Source: a bacterium
GTDB taxonomy: Bacteria; Patescibacteriota; Patescibacteriia; UBA1558; UBA10009
Length of the DNA: 64,000 nt
Assembly (NCBI GenBank): GCA_018672055.1
Contig: JABHGM010000001.1
Location: forward strand, 200,884 to 264,883
Direction of reading: 5' to 3'
The notes under the pieces: generated by a model
What the model saw: only the letters and a program-made list of their open reading frames with translations
The model's database searches: none
What the model was told of the DNA's origin: nothing
Made by a program: the position numbers and the translations under genes
In this document: piece by piece, positions 20,047 to 29,280 of the stretch
How the letters are laid out: every line of letters begins with the position of its first letter
Numbering within the stretch: the first letter of the stretch is position 1

Positions 20047-20287
20047 ATGGTTTAATAGAGGGATTCTCTAATTGATACTAGTGTTTACTGATCGCTAGTT
20101 GTTTCTATACTCCGATACTGAAACAATATCATAGAGTTTTTAGTTAAACCATGGTTGGCTGGTTTTTGGTTGAATAGTGCTATTAAATACTCATGGTCAT
20201 AGACTTTCTCCTTAACCGGGTTATTTATAGCAATATGTGTTACCAGTCAACCAATTTCAGTGCCTTGCAATTAGTGAGGCACTTTTT
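20047..20287 (+). ncRNA. Putative two-domain structured ncRNA with own promoter and terminator
   Basis: TTGCCA-17-TAATTT at 19992-20020; stems ATGGTTTAA/TTAAACCAT and GGTTGGCTGGT/ACCAGTCAACC; terminator 20259-20287. Confidence 0.5.
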
Positions 20288-20346
20288 ATTTGCATTAATT
20301 TTATTCATCTGTTAGTATTTATTTAGTTAAATATGGAGGTATAATT

Positions 20347-20436
20347 ATGGCTAAAATAAGCTTTGGTCAATCTAAATTGATTAAGCTGACTTACCCAAAG
20401 TTAAACAAATTTAATCAATTTAGATTAAAGATTTAG
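20347..20436 (+). CDS. Possible 29-aa basic peptide inside a 16-bp hairpin
   Basis: GGAGG SD 7 nt upstream; MAKISFGQSKLIKLTYPKLNKFNQFRLKI. Confidence 0.4.
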   Translation: MAKISFGQSKLIKLTYPKLNKFNQFRLKI

Positions 20437-20578
20437 TAATCCTTCCTTGACAGCTTCTGTCAAAATGATATCTATGGCGTACATTAGATACCGAATTCAA
20501 ATAAATCAACTAAATCAATATGAATAAACCAAAATAGTATTTAAACCAATTAAATCTATTTAAGACTAAAAGCTTACT

Positions 20579-20618
20579 CTGGTAACATCGAATCGCTTTC
20601 GATAGTTACCAGTTTTTT
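20579..20618 (+). terminator. Intrinsic terminator
   Basis: CTGGTAAC-ATCGAA...TTCGAT-A-GTTACCAG followed by T7. Confidence 0.75.
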
Positions 20619-20685
20619 TATACCTTTTTGACAAAATTATATATTATGGTAGTATAAGCTTTACTTAATAAATAATTAAATTAAT

Positions 20686-21966
20686 ATGAATGTAGAAAAA
20701 AAAGAGTTAGATAAATCACAAATTGAATTAAATATAGAGGTATCGCTGGATGAATTAAAACCATTTCTAGAAAAAGGTGCTATTAGCTTAAGTACTAAGA
20801 ACAAAATAGAAGGTTTTAGACCTGGTAAAGCACCATTTGATATTGTTAAACAAAGACTTGGTGAAATGGCAATTTATCAAGAAGCTTTAGATAGTGTAGT
20901 CTCACATTTTTACTTTGAAGCAGTAAAACAAGAAAAAATTGATACTATTGGTCAACCCAAGATAGATATAGAAAAAGTAGCTCCTGGTAACCCTATCATT
21001 TTTAAAGCACAAGTAGCTTTAACTCCAAAGGTAACACTTGGAGATTATAAGAGTGTTAAAGTAAAGATGGCTAAAGTTGAAGTTGATGCTAAAGCCATAG
21101 AGAAAGTAATAGATGATTTAAAAAAGATGCAAGCCAAAGAAGTGATCTCATTAGAACCAATTAAAAAAGGTGATAAAGTTGAAGTAGATTTTAATGTATC
21201 ACTTGATAAAGTAGCAGTAGATGGTGGTCAAGGTAAAAAGTATCCATTAATTGTTGGTGACAATGTTATGTTACCTGGCTTTGAAGATAATTTAATTGGT
21301 ATGAATAAGAATGAGGAAAAGAAGTTTCAATTAAAATTTCCAGAAGAATATCAAAATAAGATGGTAGCTGGTAAGTTATGTGACTTTGAAGTTAAGGTTT
21401 TAGAAGTATTTAAAAGAGAATTACCAGAAGCAAATGATGAATGGGCTAAAACTGTTGGAGCTAAAGATATAAAAGATTTAAATGAAAAGATTAAAAGTAA
21501 TTTAGAACAAGAAAAGAAGTTCCAAGAGGAACAAAGAGTAGAAATTGAAATATTAACAGCTATAGTTAAGAAAACTGAGTATAGTGAAATACCAGAAGTT
21601 CTAATTCATAATGAAACACATAGAATGTTACATGAATTTGAAGATGGTATAACTAAGCAAGGTATTCCATTTGATGAATATTTAAAGAATATAAAGAAAG
21701 AAAGAAAAGATTTAGAAAATGAGTTCAAAGATAAGGCAGAAGAACGTGTTAAAACATCACTTGTTATTAAAGAGATGTCAGATAAAGAAAAGTTTACAGC
21801 TAGTGACGAAGAACTTAAAAAAGAAACTGATAGAATATTAGAAACTGTTAAAGATAATAAAGAAGCGCAAGACAGCATACAAAGTAATGGTTATCAAGAA
21901 TATCTAAGAACAATTATAAAGAATAAAAAGGTAGTAGAAATGCTTAAAAAAGAATGTATTGGATAA
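20686..21966 (+). CDS. tig: Trigger factor
   Basis: GFRPGKAP signature, FKBP domain (MLPGFEDNLIG). Confidence 0.96.
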   Translation: MNVEKKELDKSQIELNIEVSLDELKPFLEKGAISLSTKNKIEGFRPGKAPFDIVKQRLGEMAIYQEALDSVVSHFYFEAVKQEKIDTIGQPKIDIEKVAPGNPIIFKAQVALTPKVTLGDYKSVKVKMAKVEVDAKAIEKVIDDLKKMQAKEVISLEPIKKGDKVEVDFNVSLDKVAVDGGQGKKYPLIVGDNVMLPGFEDNLIGMNKNEEKKFQLKFPEEYQNKMVAGKLCDFEVKVLEVFKRELPEANDEWAKTVGAKDIKDLNEKIKSNLEQEKKFQEEQRVEIEILTAIVKKTEYSEIPEVLIHNETHRMLHEFEDGITKQGIPFDEYLKNIKKERKDLENEFKDKAEERVKTSLVIKEMSDKEKFTASDEELKKETDRILETVKDNKEAQDSIQSNGYQEYLRTIIKNKKVVEMLKKECIG

Positions 21967-22024
21967 AATAGTATAATATATAAGAAAAAGGGACTAATAG
22001 TCCCTTTTTTGATATAATTAACTT

Positions 22025-22870
22025 ATGAAAATAGGCGCACATGTATCTATTGCCGGTGGTATTGATAAAGCTCCAGGTAATGCTAAAGAAATTAAAGCTG
22101 AAGTGTTTCAGATTTTTTCACGTTCTCCAAGAGGTGGTCCAGCTCCTATACTTACTAAAGAATTAGTTAAGTCTTTTAAAGATTCTATGAAGGAGAATAA
22201 TATATCAGCAGGATACATTCATACACCTTACTATATTAACTTAGCATCTATTAAAGACAGGATAAGAAATGGTTCTATTGAAGTAATACGTGATGATCTA
22301 GAAAGAGCTTCTATACTTGGTATACCATATATTATGACTCATTTAGGTAGTGCTAATGATTTGCCAAGGGATAAAGCTATTAAACAAGTAACAGCTGGTA
22401 TTTCTAAGATTATGAAAGGATACAAAGGCAGTGCTATGTTCCTTGTAGAAAACTCAGCTGGTTCAGGTAATATAATAGGTGATAGGTTTGAAGAAATAAA
22501 TGAAATAATAAGTAAATTACCAAAAAAATATAAAAAAAAGATAGGCGTTTGTTTAGATACTTGTCATGCTTTTGCAAGCGGGTATGATTTAAGAGATAAA
22601 AAATCAGTTGAAAAGACATTAAATGAGTTTAATAAGCATATTGGATTAAAATTACTTAAATTAATTCATTTAAATGATTCAAAAACAGATTTAGGAGGAA
22701 AAGTAGATAGGCATGAAAATATTGGTAAAGGCAAAATAGGTTTAAATGGCTTAACTGCTTTTGTAAATCATCCTAAACTTAAAAATATGCCCATGGTACT
22801 TGAAACACCCATGGATGATTTAGGTGGTCATACTAAGGATATAAAATTAATTAAAAAAATTAGAAAATAA
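22025..22870 (+). CDS. nfo: Endonuclease IV
   Basis: IGAHVSIAGG, HTPYYINL, LDTCHAFASG, HLNDSK, DRHENIG. Confidence 0.95.
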   Translation: MKIGAHVSIAGGIDKAPGNAKEIKAEVFQIFSRSPRGGPAPILTKELVKSFKDSMKENNISAGYIHTPYYINLASIKDRIRNGSIEVIRDDLERASILGIPYIMTHLGSANDLPRDKAIKQVTAGISKIMKGYKGSAMFLVENSAGSGNIIGDRFEEINEIISKLPKKYKKKIGVCLDTCHAFASGYDLRDKKSVEKTLNEFNKHIGLKLLKLIHLNDSKTDLGGKVDRHENIGKGKIGLNGLTAFVNHPKLKNMPMVLETPMDDLGGHTKDIKLIKKIRK

Positions 22871-23475
22871 TGACTATTGGTATTTATTTAATAATTTTAG
22901 TAATACTTGGCTATTTAACGGTTAATATTAGAGAAAGTTACTTAGATATATTTTGGATGAAACCACTTACTTATTTAGGTATATTTATTCATGAGGCAGC
23001 ACACGCCATTGGTTGTTATGCAACAGGTGGCAAGGTGGTTAGAATGAATGTTAGTTCTCGAGCAGGAAGCGTGGAACATTACAAACCTAAGATACCTATA
23101 CTTGGTCCAATTATTGTATCAATTGCTCCGCTTATTATCGGTATTTTATTTATTGGTTTACTTAACAAGGTATTACTAGCCAATGCTATTAGTTTAGATT
23201 CAATTAATATATGGGATAATATATTAGAAATATTTAATTCATTTAATTTTCTAACTTGGCAAACTTGGTTATTAATAGTATTCTTCTTAAATATAGGTGT
23301 TATTATTGGTCCTTCAGTTCAAGACTTAAAGAATATAGCTTTACCTGTTATCGCCTCTTTTTTTATAACAAGTCCTGAATTAGAAATAGTTTTAGCTTTT
23401 AGTATAGCTTTAGTAATAATTAATTTAAGTTTATTTATATTAATTTGGTTAATTAAATCATTTTTTAGATTATGA
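22870..23475 (+). CDS. M50B-like membrane metallopeptidase
   Basis: HEAAH zinc motif, GPSVQD, multiple TMs. Confidence 0.75.
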   Translation: MTIGIYLIILVILGYLTVNIRESYLDIFWMKPLTYLGIFIHEAAHAIGCYATGGKVVRMNVSSRAGSVEHYKPKIPILGPIIVSIAPLIIGILFIGLLNKVLLANAISLDSINIWDNILEIFNSFNFLTWQTWLLIVFFLNIGVIIGPSVQDLKNIALPVIASFFITSPELEIVLAFSIALVIINLSLFILIWLIKSFFRL

Positions 23476-24134
23476 GTAACAACATTTTATTTATATTAAT
23501 GACTTTAACTTCGCTTAGTTTTGTTTTAATTGCTTTTAGACTAGGTAGGGTTTGGTTAATTAGTTTAATAGCAGTTAACGTGGTAATCATGAATATATTT
23601 GTTATTAAAGGCATGTATTTATTTGGTCTAGCTGGTACTGGAGGCAATGTATTATATGCTTCTATTTTTTTAGCTACAGATATATTATCTGAACATTATG
23701 GTAAGCAAGAAGCAATGAAAGCTGTTAGAGTTGGTTTTTTTGTATCAATATTTTTCTTAGTTATGTCTCAGTTTATTATTTTATTCAAACCAGCAGATTA
23801 TGATATAGCTCAGAGTTCTTTACTTACTCTTTTTACTCTAACTCCACGTATTGTCTTAGGCTCTATGATGGCTTACTTAGTATCACAACATATAGATGTT
23901 TGGTTATTTGATAAGATTAAAAGTAAAACACAAGGTAAACATTTATGGTTAAGAAATAATGGTTCAACCTTTGTATCACAATTTATTGACTCAGTAATAT
24001 TTACTTCTATTGCTTTTATAGGTATTTATCCAATTATTCCATTAATATTTTTCACTTATTTAATTAAATTAGTTGTAGCTGTTATTGATACGCCATTTAT
24101 GTACTTATCTAAAAAAATTAAACATGGAAATTAG
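23472..24134 (+). CDS. Queuosine precursor transporter (YhhQ/Vut_1 family)
   Basis: FLATDILSEHYG, RIVLGS..AYLVSQ..D, WLRNNGSTFVSQFID. Confidence 0.9.
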   Translation: MSNNILFILMTLTSLSFVLIAFRLGRVWLISLIAVNVVIMNIFVIKGMYLFGLAGTGGNVLYASIFLATDILSEHYGKQEAMKAVRVGFFVSIFFLVMSQFIILFKPADYDIAQSSLLTLFTLTPRIVLGSMMAYLVSQHIDVWLFDKIKSKTQGKHLWLRNNGSTFVSQFIDSVIFTSIAFIGIYPIIPLIFFTYLIKLVVAVIDTPFMYLSKKIKHGN

Positions 24135-24684
24135 TAAAGAACAAATTAAAGAGATAGAAAAGTTTGCTAAATCTAAATTACACTCAGTACATTTGCAACA
24201 TACTTTAGAATCTAGAGATGTTGCTAAGAAATTAGCTCGTTTAGAAAAAGCTGATTGGGCAATTGTTGAAGTTGCAGTATTACTACACGATATTGCTAAA
24301 GGCAAGAAACTCCATGCTGAAGTTGGAGCTGAAATGGCTAGAAAGTTTTTAACCACTAAGCAGTATGACCAAAGATTTATTGAAGAAGTTGTTTATTGTA
24401 TTTTAGTACATGAAGATTTGGATGATGATCAGAAGAATTTAGTTAGGACTAAAGAAGCTATTGTGGTATATGATTCTGAAAAGATTCAGAAGATTTCAGC
24501 GTTTGGTATTATTAAATATATTTGTGGTCATAATGATAATTTTAAGGATAATTATGAACAAACTACATTAAAGATGTATCAGTCATTAAAGAGAAAATAT
24601 GATCGTATTATATCAAAACAAGGTAAAGAAATGGCAAGCGATGGGTTTAAGTTTATTAAAGAGTATTTTAAAGAATTAAAATAA
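24124..24684 (+). CDS. HD-domain protein
   Basis: HT...LLHDIAK...HAEVGA; start set to ATG 24124. Confidence 0.75.
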   Translation: MEISKEQIKEIEKFAKSKLHSVHLQHTLESRDVAKKLARLEKADWAIVEVAVLLHDIAKGKKLHAEVGAEMARKFLTTKQYDQRFIEEVVYCILVHEDLDDDQKNLVRTKEAIVVYDSEKIQKISAFGIIKYICGHNDNFKDNYEQTTLKMYQSLKRKYDRIISKQGKEMASDGFKFIKEYFKELK

Positions 24685-25562
24685 TGGAAAAAAGATACAA
24701 AGGCTATTTATTAACCGCTATTGGTATATCATTCGGAGCCCTGGCTTCTGTTTCAACAAAATATGTTATGGATGCATCGAATATTGAAACAGTTGCTTTT
24801 TACTGGTTCTTTTTTGCTTTAATTTGGGCAAGTATTATTTCTTTATATAAAAAAAGGTATCAAACTGTTATACCTGCTATTAAAAAGCAACCTAAGATTT
24901 GGTTGCTACTTGCCTCTTTCTTTTTAATCTCATATCCTGCTTGGCTTTATTCAATAAAAATAATAGGTCCAGTAAATACAGATTTTGTTACATTAATAGG
25001 CGTTCTTTATATGACAGGCTTGGGTGTAATTATTTTAAAAGAGAAGTTTAATTTATTTGAAACATTTGGGGCTATCCTGGCTATACTTGGTTTATTGATT
25101 ATTACATTTAACCCTGTAGAAAATTTAGAATTTAAAGTAATATTTATTTTAATCTCTACACTTATATTCAATACTACACGGTTTATTGTAAAAAGAACTA
25201 TTCATAAGGTAGAACCCATTGTTTTTGTTTTAGTTAGGAATATTTATGGTTTAATAGTTATTAGTATATATACATTTGTATTTGGTAATTTTATTCTATT
25301 AGAAGGTAAATATTTAGTCTTAGCTATGATAGTTCCATTATTTAGTACTGTCTTACAGCATTTACTTATGTTCCAAGCCTACAAATATGCTGATTTTAGT
25401 AAACTTGCTATAATAGTAGCGCTTTCCCCATTTATGGTAATTATTTATTCCTATTTCATATGGGGTTATATTCCATATAGCTATCAATTAATTGGTGGAA
25501 CATTAATAGTGCTAGGAGTAATTATGTTAAAGTTTAAAAGAAATAAAAGGATAAATATATGA
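24684..25562 (+). CDS. DMT/EamA family transporter
   Basis: About 10 TM in two repeats, ILKEK motif. Confidence 0.85.
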   Translation: MEKRYKGYLLTAIGISFGALASVSTKYVMDASNIETVAFYWFFFALIWASIISLYKKRYQTVIPAIKKQPKIWLLLASFFLISYPAWLYSIKIIGPVNTDFVTLIGVLYMTGLGVIILKEKFNLFETFGAILAILGLLIITFNPVENLEFKVIFILISTLIFNTTRFIVKRTIHKVEPIVFVLVRNIYGLIVISIYTFVFGNFILLEGKYLVLAMIVPLFSTVLQHLLMFQAYKYADFSKLAIIVALSPFMVIIYSYFIWGYIPYSYQLIGGTLIVLGVIMLKFKRNKRINI

Positions 25563-26059
25563 AAATAGGTATTATGGCAGATACTCATGATAATATGGTA
25601 AATATGGAAAAAGCCATTGATTGGCTTAATAAAAATGAAGTAACTGAATTAATCCATTGTGGTGATTTATGCGCTCCTTCTATTTTAAAGAATATTTTAG
25701 GCCCTAAATTTAAAGGCAAAATACATATGGTTTTTGGTAATGTTGAAGACAGAGAAAATACTCCTTTATTAGCTAAAGATTTTAAACAAATAACTCATTA
25801 TGGAGATATGGGTGAGATTGAAATAGATAATATAAAAATTGGCATTGTTCATTACCCAGACGAAGGTAAGAAATTAGCAGAAACTCAAAAATATGATTTA
25901 GTATTTTATGGTCATAATCATAAGCCTTGGGAAGAGGCTGTTGGTAAGACTCAACTTATAAATCCAGGTACTTTAGCTGGACTTTTTAATAAAGCAACGT
26001 TTGCTGTTTATGATACTGAGAATAACAAGCTGGAACTTAAGATACTTGAGTTAATATAA
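25559..26059 (+). CDS. YfcE-type metallophosphoesterase
   Basis: DTHDN, HCGD, GN, GHNH, NPG motifs. Confidence 0.88.
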   Translation: MKIGIMADTHDNMVNMEKAIDWLNKNEVTELIHCGDLCAPSILKNILGPKFKGKIHMVFGNVEDRENTPLLAKDFKQITHYGDMGEIEIDNIKIGIVHYPDEGKKLAETQKYDLVFYGHNHKPWEEAVGKTQLINPGTLAGLFNKATFAVYDTENNKLELKILELI

Positions 26060-26114
26060 TTTAATAAATAAAAAAAGGCGAAATGTGTTCGCCTTTTTGA
26101 ATTTATAAATTAAT

Positions 26115-26756
26115 TTATTCATAAATTTGTTTAAAACTCCCCCAACTTTTAAATTCAGTACCATCAGGTAATGCTGAATTATGATGCGGGGTTTGGACTA
26201 CTGTTCCGTATTCAGGGAGAAGATAATATATTTGTCCTTTAGCTTCTACTTTGAGAACTGGGTCTCCGGCTTTAATAAAATAACTTCCTTCAATTTGGTC
26301 TGATTTTAAATAGACTCGGTAATAATCTGTATTACAAATTGTAATAACTTTCTTATTTATTTCTTTAGTAGATTTAATCTCACCACAAATAGCATCAGTT
26401 ATTTGGTTAGGTTCGCATGGCAAATATTTTGACATATCACCTCTCCAGAATTCTCGCGCAGGCCTAATTAATTTTGCTCTTTTTTCTAAAAGTGTTAACC
26501 TATTATCTAGAATATCTTTATAATTGGACATTTCCCTTTTTAGTTTATTAATCTCTTCAGTTTTTTTATCCATTTCTACTGAATGATTATTTTTATCATT
26601 TCTAACATAAATCCAGTTACTACCCAGCATTACACATATGATAATTACTATTGATGGGCAGGCCCAATTGATTTGAGGATTATTAGAACCGTGAAGTAAC
26701 ATTAATATTATAATAAATGTTATCCCTACGCCTAATATCATATTATTATGATTCAT
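26115..26756 (-). CDS. Orphan membrane-anchored protein with coiled coil
   Basis: Two N-terminal hydrophobic segments; own TTGACA-17-TATACT promoter and terminator. Confidence 0.6.
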   Translation of the reverse strand: MNHNNMILGVGITFIIILMLLHGSNNPQINWACPSIVIIICVMLGSNWIYVRNDKNNHSVEMDKKTEEINKLKREMSNYKDILDNRLTLLEKRAKLIRPAREFWRGDMSKYLPCEPNQITDAICGEIKSTKEINKKVITICNTDYYRVYLKSDQIEGSYFIKAGDPVLKVEAKGQIYYLLPEYGTVVQTPHHNSALPDGTEFKSWGSFKQIYE

Positions 26757-26896
26757 TATTTCCCTTTTTCCTTATTTTTAGTATGTTCGATAATAGAGAA
26801 GTATAATTTAAAAAAGCAATTTTGTCAATAATAGATATAATTTGGTGAATAAAAAAAGAGCGAATTCTTTCGCTCTTTCGAATTTAAAGTACCTGG

Positions 26897-27460
26897 TTAT
26901 TTAACCGTGTCTTTTAAATATAATTCTTTCCATTCCTCTTTATATGAACCATAAAGAACTTTAAGATTATAATTATCTTCCATCTCATGCTTAAATAATT
27001 TCCTTATTTCTTCAGAGAAATATTCGTCATGAATAAGATCAGGGAAATTAGATTCATCAATCCAACAATTAAACATGCCAGTATAATGTGGATAGCCATA
27101 TTCTTTTAACTCCTGTAGAAATAATTCATTATCACAAGAATCATCCAAATTATCTGCTATTGGTGAAGATCTATACAGAACTGTGAGATCTATTTGGCGT
27201 ACGTAGTTATATGAGTCGTATTTCTCATCTATGGCTGATCCGAGTTGTGAATCCAGACTATCATTCGAAATGTATTCTTTTATCTGAGATGTTAATTCAG
27301 AAGCAGTATCTATATATACTCCTAGGATCGTTTCAATATTATTACCAGCAGCATTTCTCATTGATCTAAAGTCTTGAGGCTTATCGTTTTTGCTAACACA
27401 TAGTAATGAGAATATTATCATTAAGATAACTAATAAATTATTTCTTGTTGATGAAAACAT
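26897..27460 (-). CDS. Orphan secreted/membrane-anchored protein
   Basis: N-terminal hydrophobic segment; AAAGGAG SD; TTGACA-17-TATACT promoter. Confidence 0.6.
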   Translation of the reverse strand: MFSSTRNNLLVILMIIFSLLCVSKNDKPQDFRSMRNAAGNNIETILGVYIDTASELTSQIKEYISNDSLDSQLGSAIDEKYDSYNYVRQIDLTVLYRSSPIADNLDDSCDNELFLQELKEYGYPHYTGMFNCWIDESNFPDLIHDEYFSEEIRKLFKHEMEDNYNLKVLYGSYKEEWKELYLKDTVK

Positions 27461-27539
27461 TGTTTCGTCTCCTTTGGTTGTTTGATATGTTCAATGTAAT
27501 GTAGTAGTATAGTATAGATAACTAACATTGTCAACACTT

Positions 27540-28331
27540 ATGAATTTTACTAAAGAAAAAAAAGTAGCAGAAGTAGCAGCACGTATGGCTGGTAAATATT
27601 TAGAGAATAATTTTTCTAAAGTTTCTAGATCTAGAAACTTTAAATTAAAATCTAAAGATCAAATACAAACACCATTAGACAAAGGAGCTGAGAAGATTAT
27701 AATAAACGAAATTAAAAAACATTTTCCAACACATAGGATATATAGTGAAGAAATAGGTGATAATTTAAAAAACTCTGATTATTATTGGATAATTGATCCA
27801 TTAGATGGAACTACTAATTATACAATGCATTTACCTACTTACGGCGTAGCTATTGGTTTAGCATATAAAGAAAAAATGGTTTTAGGCATTACTTATGTGC
27901 CAGTACTTAAAGAATTAACAGTAGCCGAGCTTGGTAAAGGAGCTTTTATTAATAATAAAAGGTTAAGAGTTTCTAAACGTAAGAAAATAAGTGATTCCAT
28001 ATTAATATTCTGTCATGGAAGTTTAGTTAAAGATATGAAACGAGCTATTAAGCTATATAAAGCATTTAAACTTAAAACATTAGATCTTAGACAAATAGGT
28101 TCAGCTGTAGTTGAATTTCAAATAATGGCTATGGGCAGAGTTGAAGCCGTTATGTTACCTGGAGGTAATTTACATGATGTAGCTACCGGAGCTTTAATAG
28201 TTAAAGAAGCGGGCGGCAAGGTAACTGATTTTAATAATAAAGAATGGACTATTTATTCAAAAGATATTTTAGTTTCAAATGGTTTAGTCCATAATCAAGT
28301 TTTAAAAATAATAAAGCAGAGTTTAAAATGA
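27540..28331 (+). CDS. suhB: Inositol monophosphatase family protein
   Basis: SEE, WIIDPLDGTTNY, HDVATG..IVKEAGG; start set to ATG 27540. Confidence 0.85.
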   Translation: MNFTKEKKVAEVAARMAGKYLENNFSKVSRSRNFKLKSKDQIQTPLDKGAEKIIINEIKKHFPTHRIYSEEIGDNLKNSDYYWIIDPLDGTTNYTMHLPTYGVAIGLAYKEKMVLGITYVPVLKELTVAELGKGAFINNKRLRVSKRKKISDSILIFCHGSLVKDMKRAIKLYKAFKLKTLDLRQIGSAVVEFQIMAMGRVEAVMLPGGNLHDVATGALIVKEAGGKVTDFNNKEWTIYSKDILVSNGLVHNQVLKIIKQSLK

Positions 28332-28564
28332 AGATTAAAGTAAAAGTAGTTCCTAATTCTTCTAAGGCTGAAATTATTGAATTAAAAGAGAATAGTTTTA
28401 AGATAAAAGTAAAAGCAGCTCCTGTTAAAAATATGGCCAACATTGAATTGATTAAAATAATTAGTAAATATTTTAAAGTAAGTAAAAGTGAAGTAAATAT
28501 AGTTAAGGGATTAAGAAAGAAGAGCAAAGTAGTAGAAATTGACAATAATTTTAAAATATTATAA
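28328..28564 (+). CDS. DUF167/YggU family protein
   Basis: VKVVPNS, VKAAPVKNMAN, IVKGLRKKSK. Confidence 0.88.
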   Translation: MKIKVKVVPNSSKAEIIELKENSFKIKVKAAPVKNMANIELIKIISKYFKVSKSEVNIVKGLRKKSKVVEIDNNFKIL

Positions 28565-28597
28565 TATAGTTTGAACATAATAAAAGGAGAAAGTATT

Positions 28598-28858
28598 TTG
28601 AAAACAAAAAAACCTTTAATTTTAGGTGTAGTTCGTGAATATGACGAGATAGAGTGTCCAGAATGCCATAGGCGAGTTATAATATTTAGGCGTAATAATG
28701 AGCTTCAATATAAATTACATGGTACTAAGAGTAAGAAGAGCTTTTGCAAATTAAGTTTCGCTCCAATTTCAAACGTACATATAAACATAAAGATAGGAGA
28801 AGGTGGTGGGGAAAAAAGAAAAAAACCTAATAATGGCCTCCTCTTCCAATATTCATAA
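28598..28858 (+). CDS. Orphan small Zn-ribbon-like protein (TTG start after AAAGGAG)
   Basis: CPEC...H...C..S..PI. Confidence 0.5.
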   Translation: MKTKKPLILGVVREYDEIECPECHRRVIIFRRNNELQYKLHGTKSKKSFCKLSFAPISNVHINIKIGEGGGEKRKKPNNGLLFQYS

Positions 28859-29006
28859 AGAGGGTGATAAAGTAAAATGTCCAGGGTGTTATGAGGAAAG
28901 TGTAATTGTCATGATTAACAATATATTATGTATAGATGGTCATTTTGCACCTTATTGTGGTGAAGTATGCGAAAAATCACAAAGTCCAATAAAAGAGCTA
29001 AACTGA
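28803..29006 (+). CDS. Orphan small Zn-ribbon-like protein, paralog of upstream ORF
   Basis: CPGC...H...C..S..PI; start uncertain. Confidence 0.5.
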   Translation: MVGKKEKNLIMASSSNIHKEGDKVKCPGCYEESVIVMINNILCIDGHFAPYCGEVCEKSQSPIKELN

Positions 29007-29083
29007 GGCCTAAAGCTTCAGTTTTTTATTAAAAAACCTTTACAAATCATGTCTATTTGTTATAATCGCTTACATGAAAATAG

Positions 29084-29160
29084 GCGAGTGTAGTTCAGTT
29101 GGCTAGAACGTTTCCTTGCCAAGGAAAAGGTCGCCGGTTCGAATCCGGTCACTCGCTCCA
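29084..29160 (+). tRNA. tRNA-Gly(GCC)
   Basis: Cloverleaf, TTTCC-TT GCC AA-GGAAA, U73, CCA. Confidence 0.95.
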
Positions 29161-29246
29161 GCCGTGGTGGCGGAACTGGTAGACGCGCTGGACTTAAAAT
29201 CCAGTGAGCTTTGCTCGTGAGAGTTCGAGTCTCTCCCGCGGCACCA
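29161..29246 (+). tRNA. tRNA-Leu(TAA)
   Basis: Long variable arm, CTGGA-CT TAA AA-TCCAG, CCA. Confidence 0.95.
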
Positions 29247-29280
29247 AAAGAACAACTTTATATTAAAGTTGTTCTTTTAT

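Noticed and set aside
15789-23078. CGTGGAACA parS half-sites at about 15792 and 23070
   Set aside because: Only half of the palindrome, inside coding sequence (Val-Glu codons)
23400-23472. preQ1 riboswitch ahead of the queuosine precursor transporter
   Set aside because: The gene overlaps the upstream CDS; no leader is present
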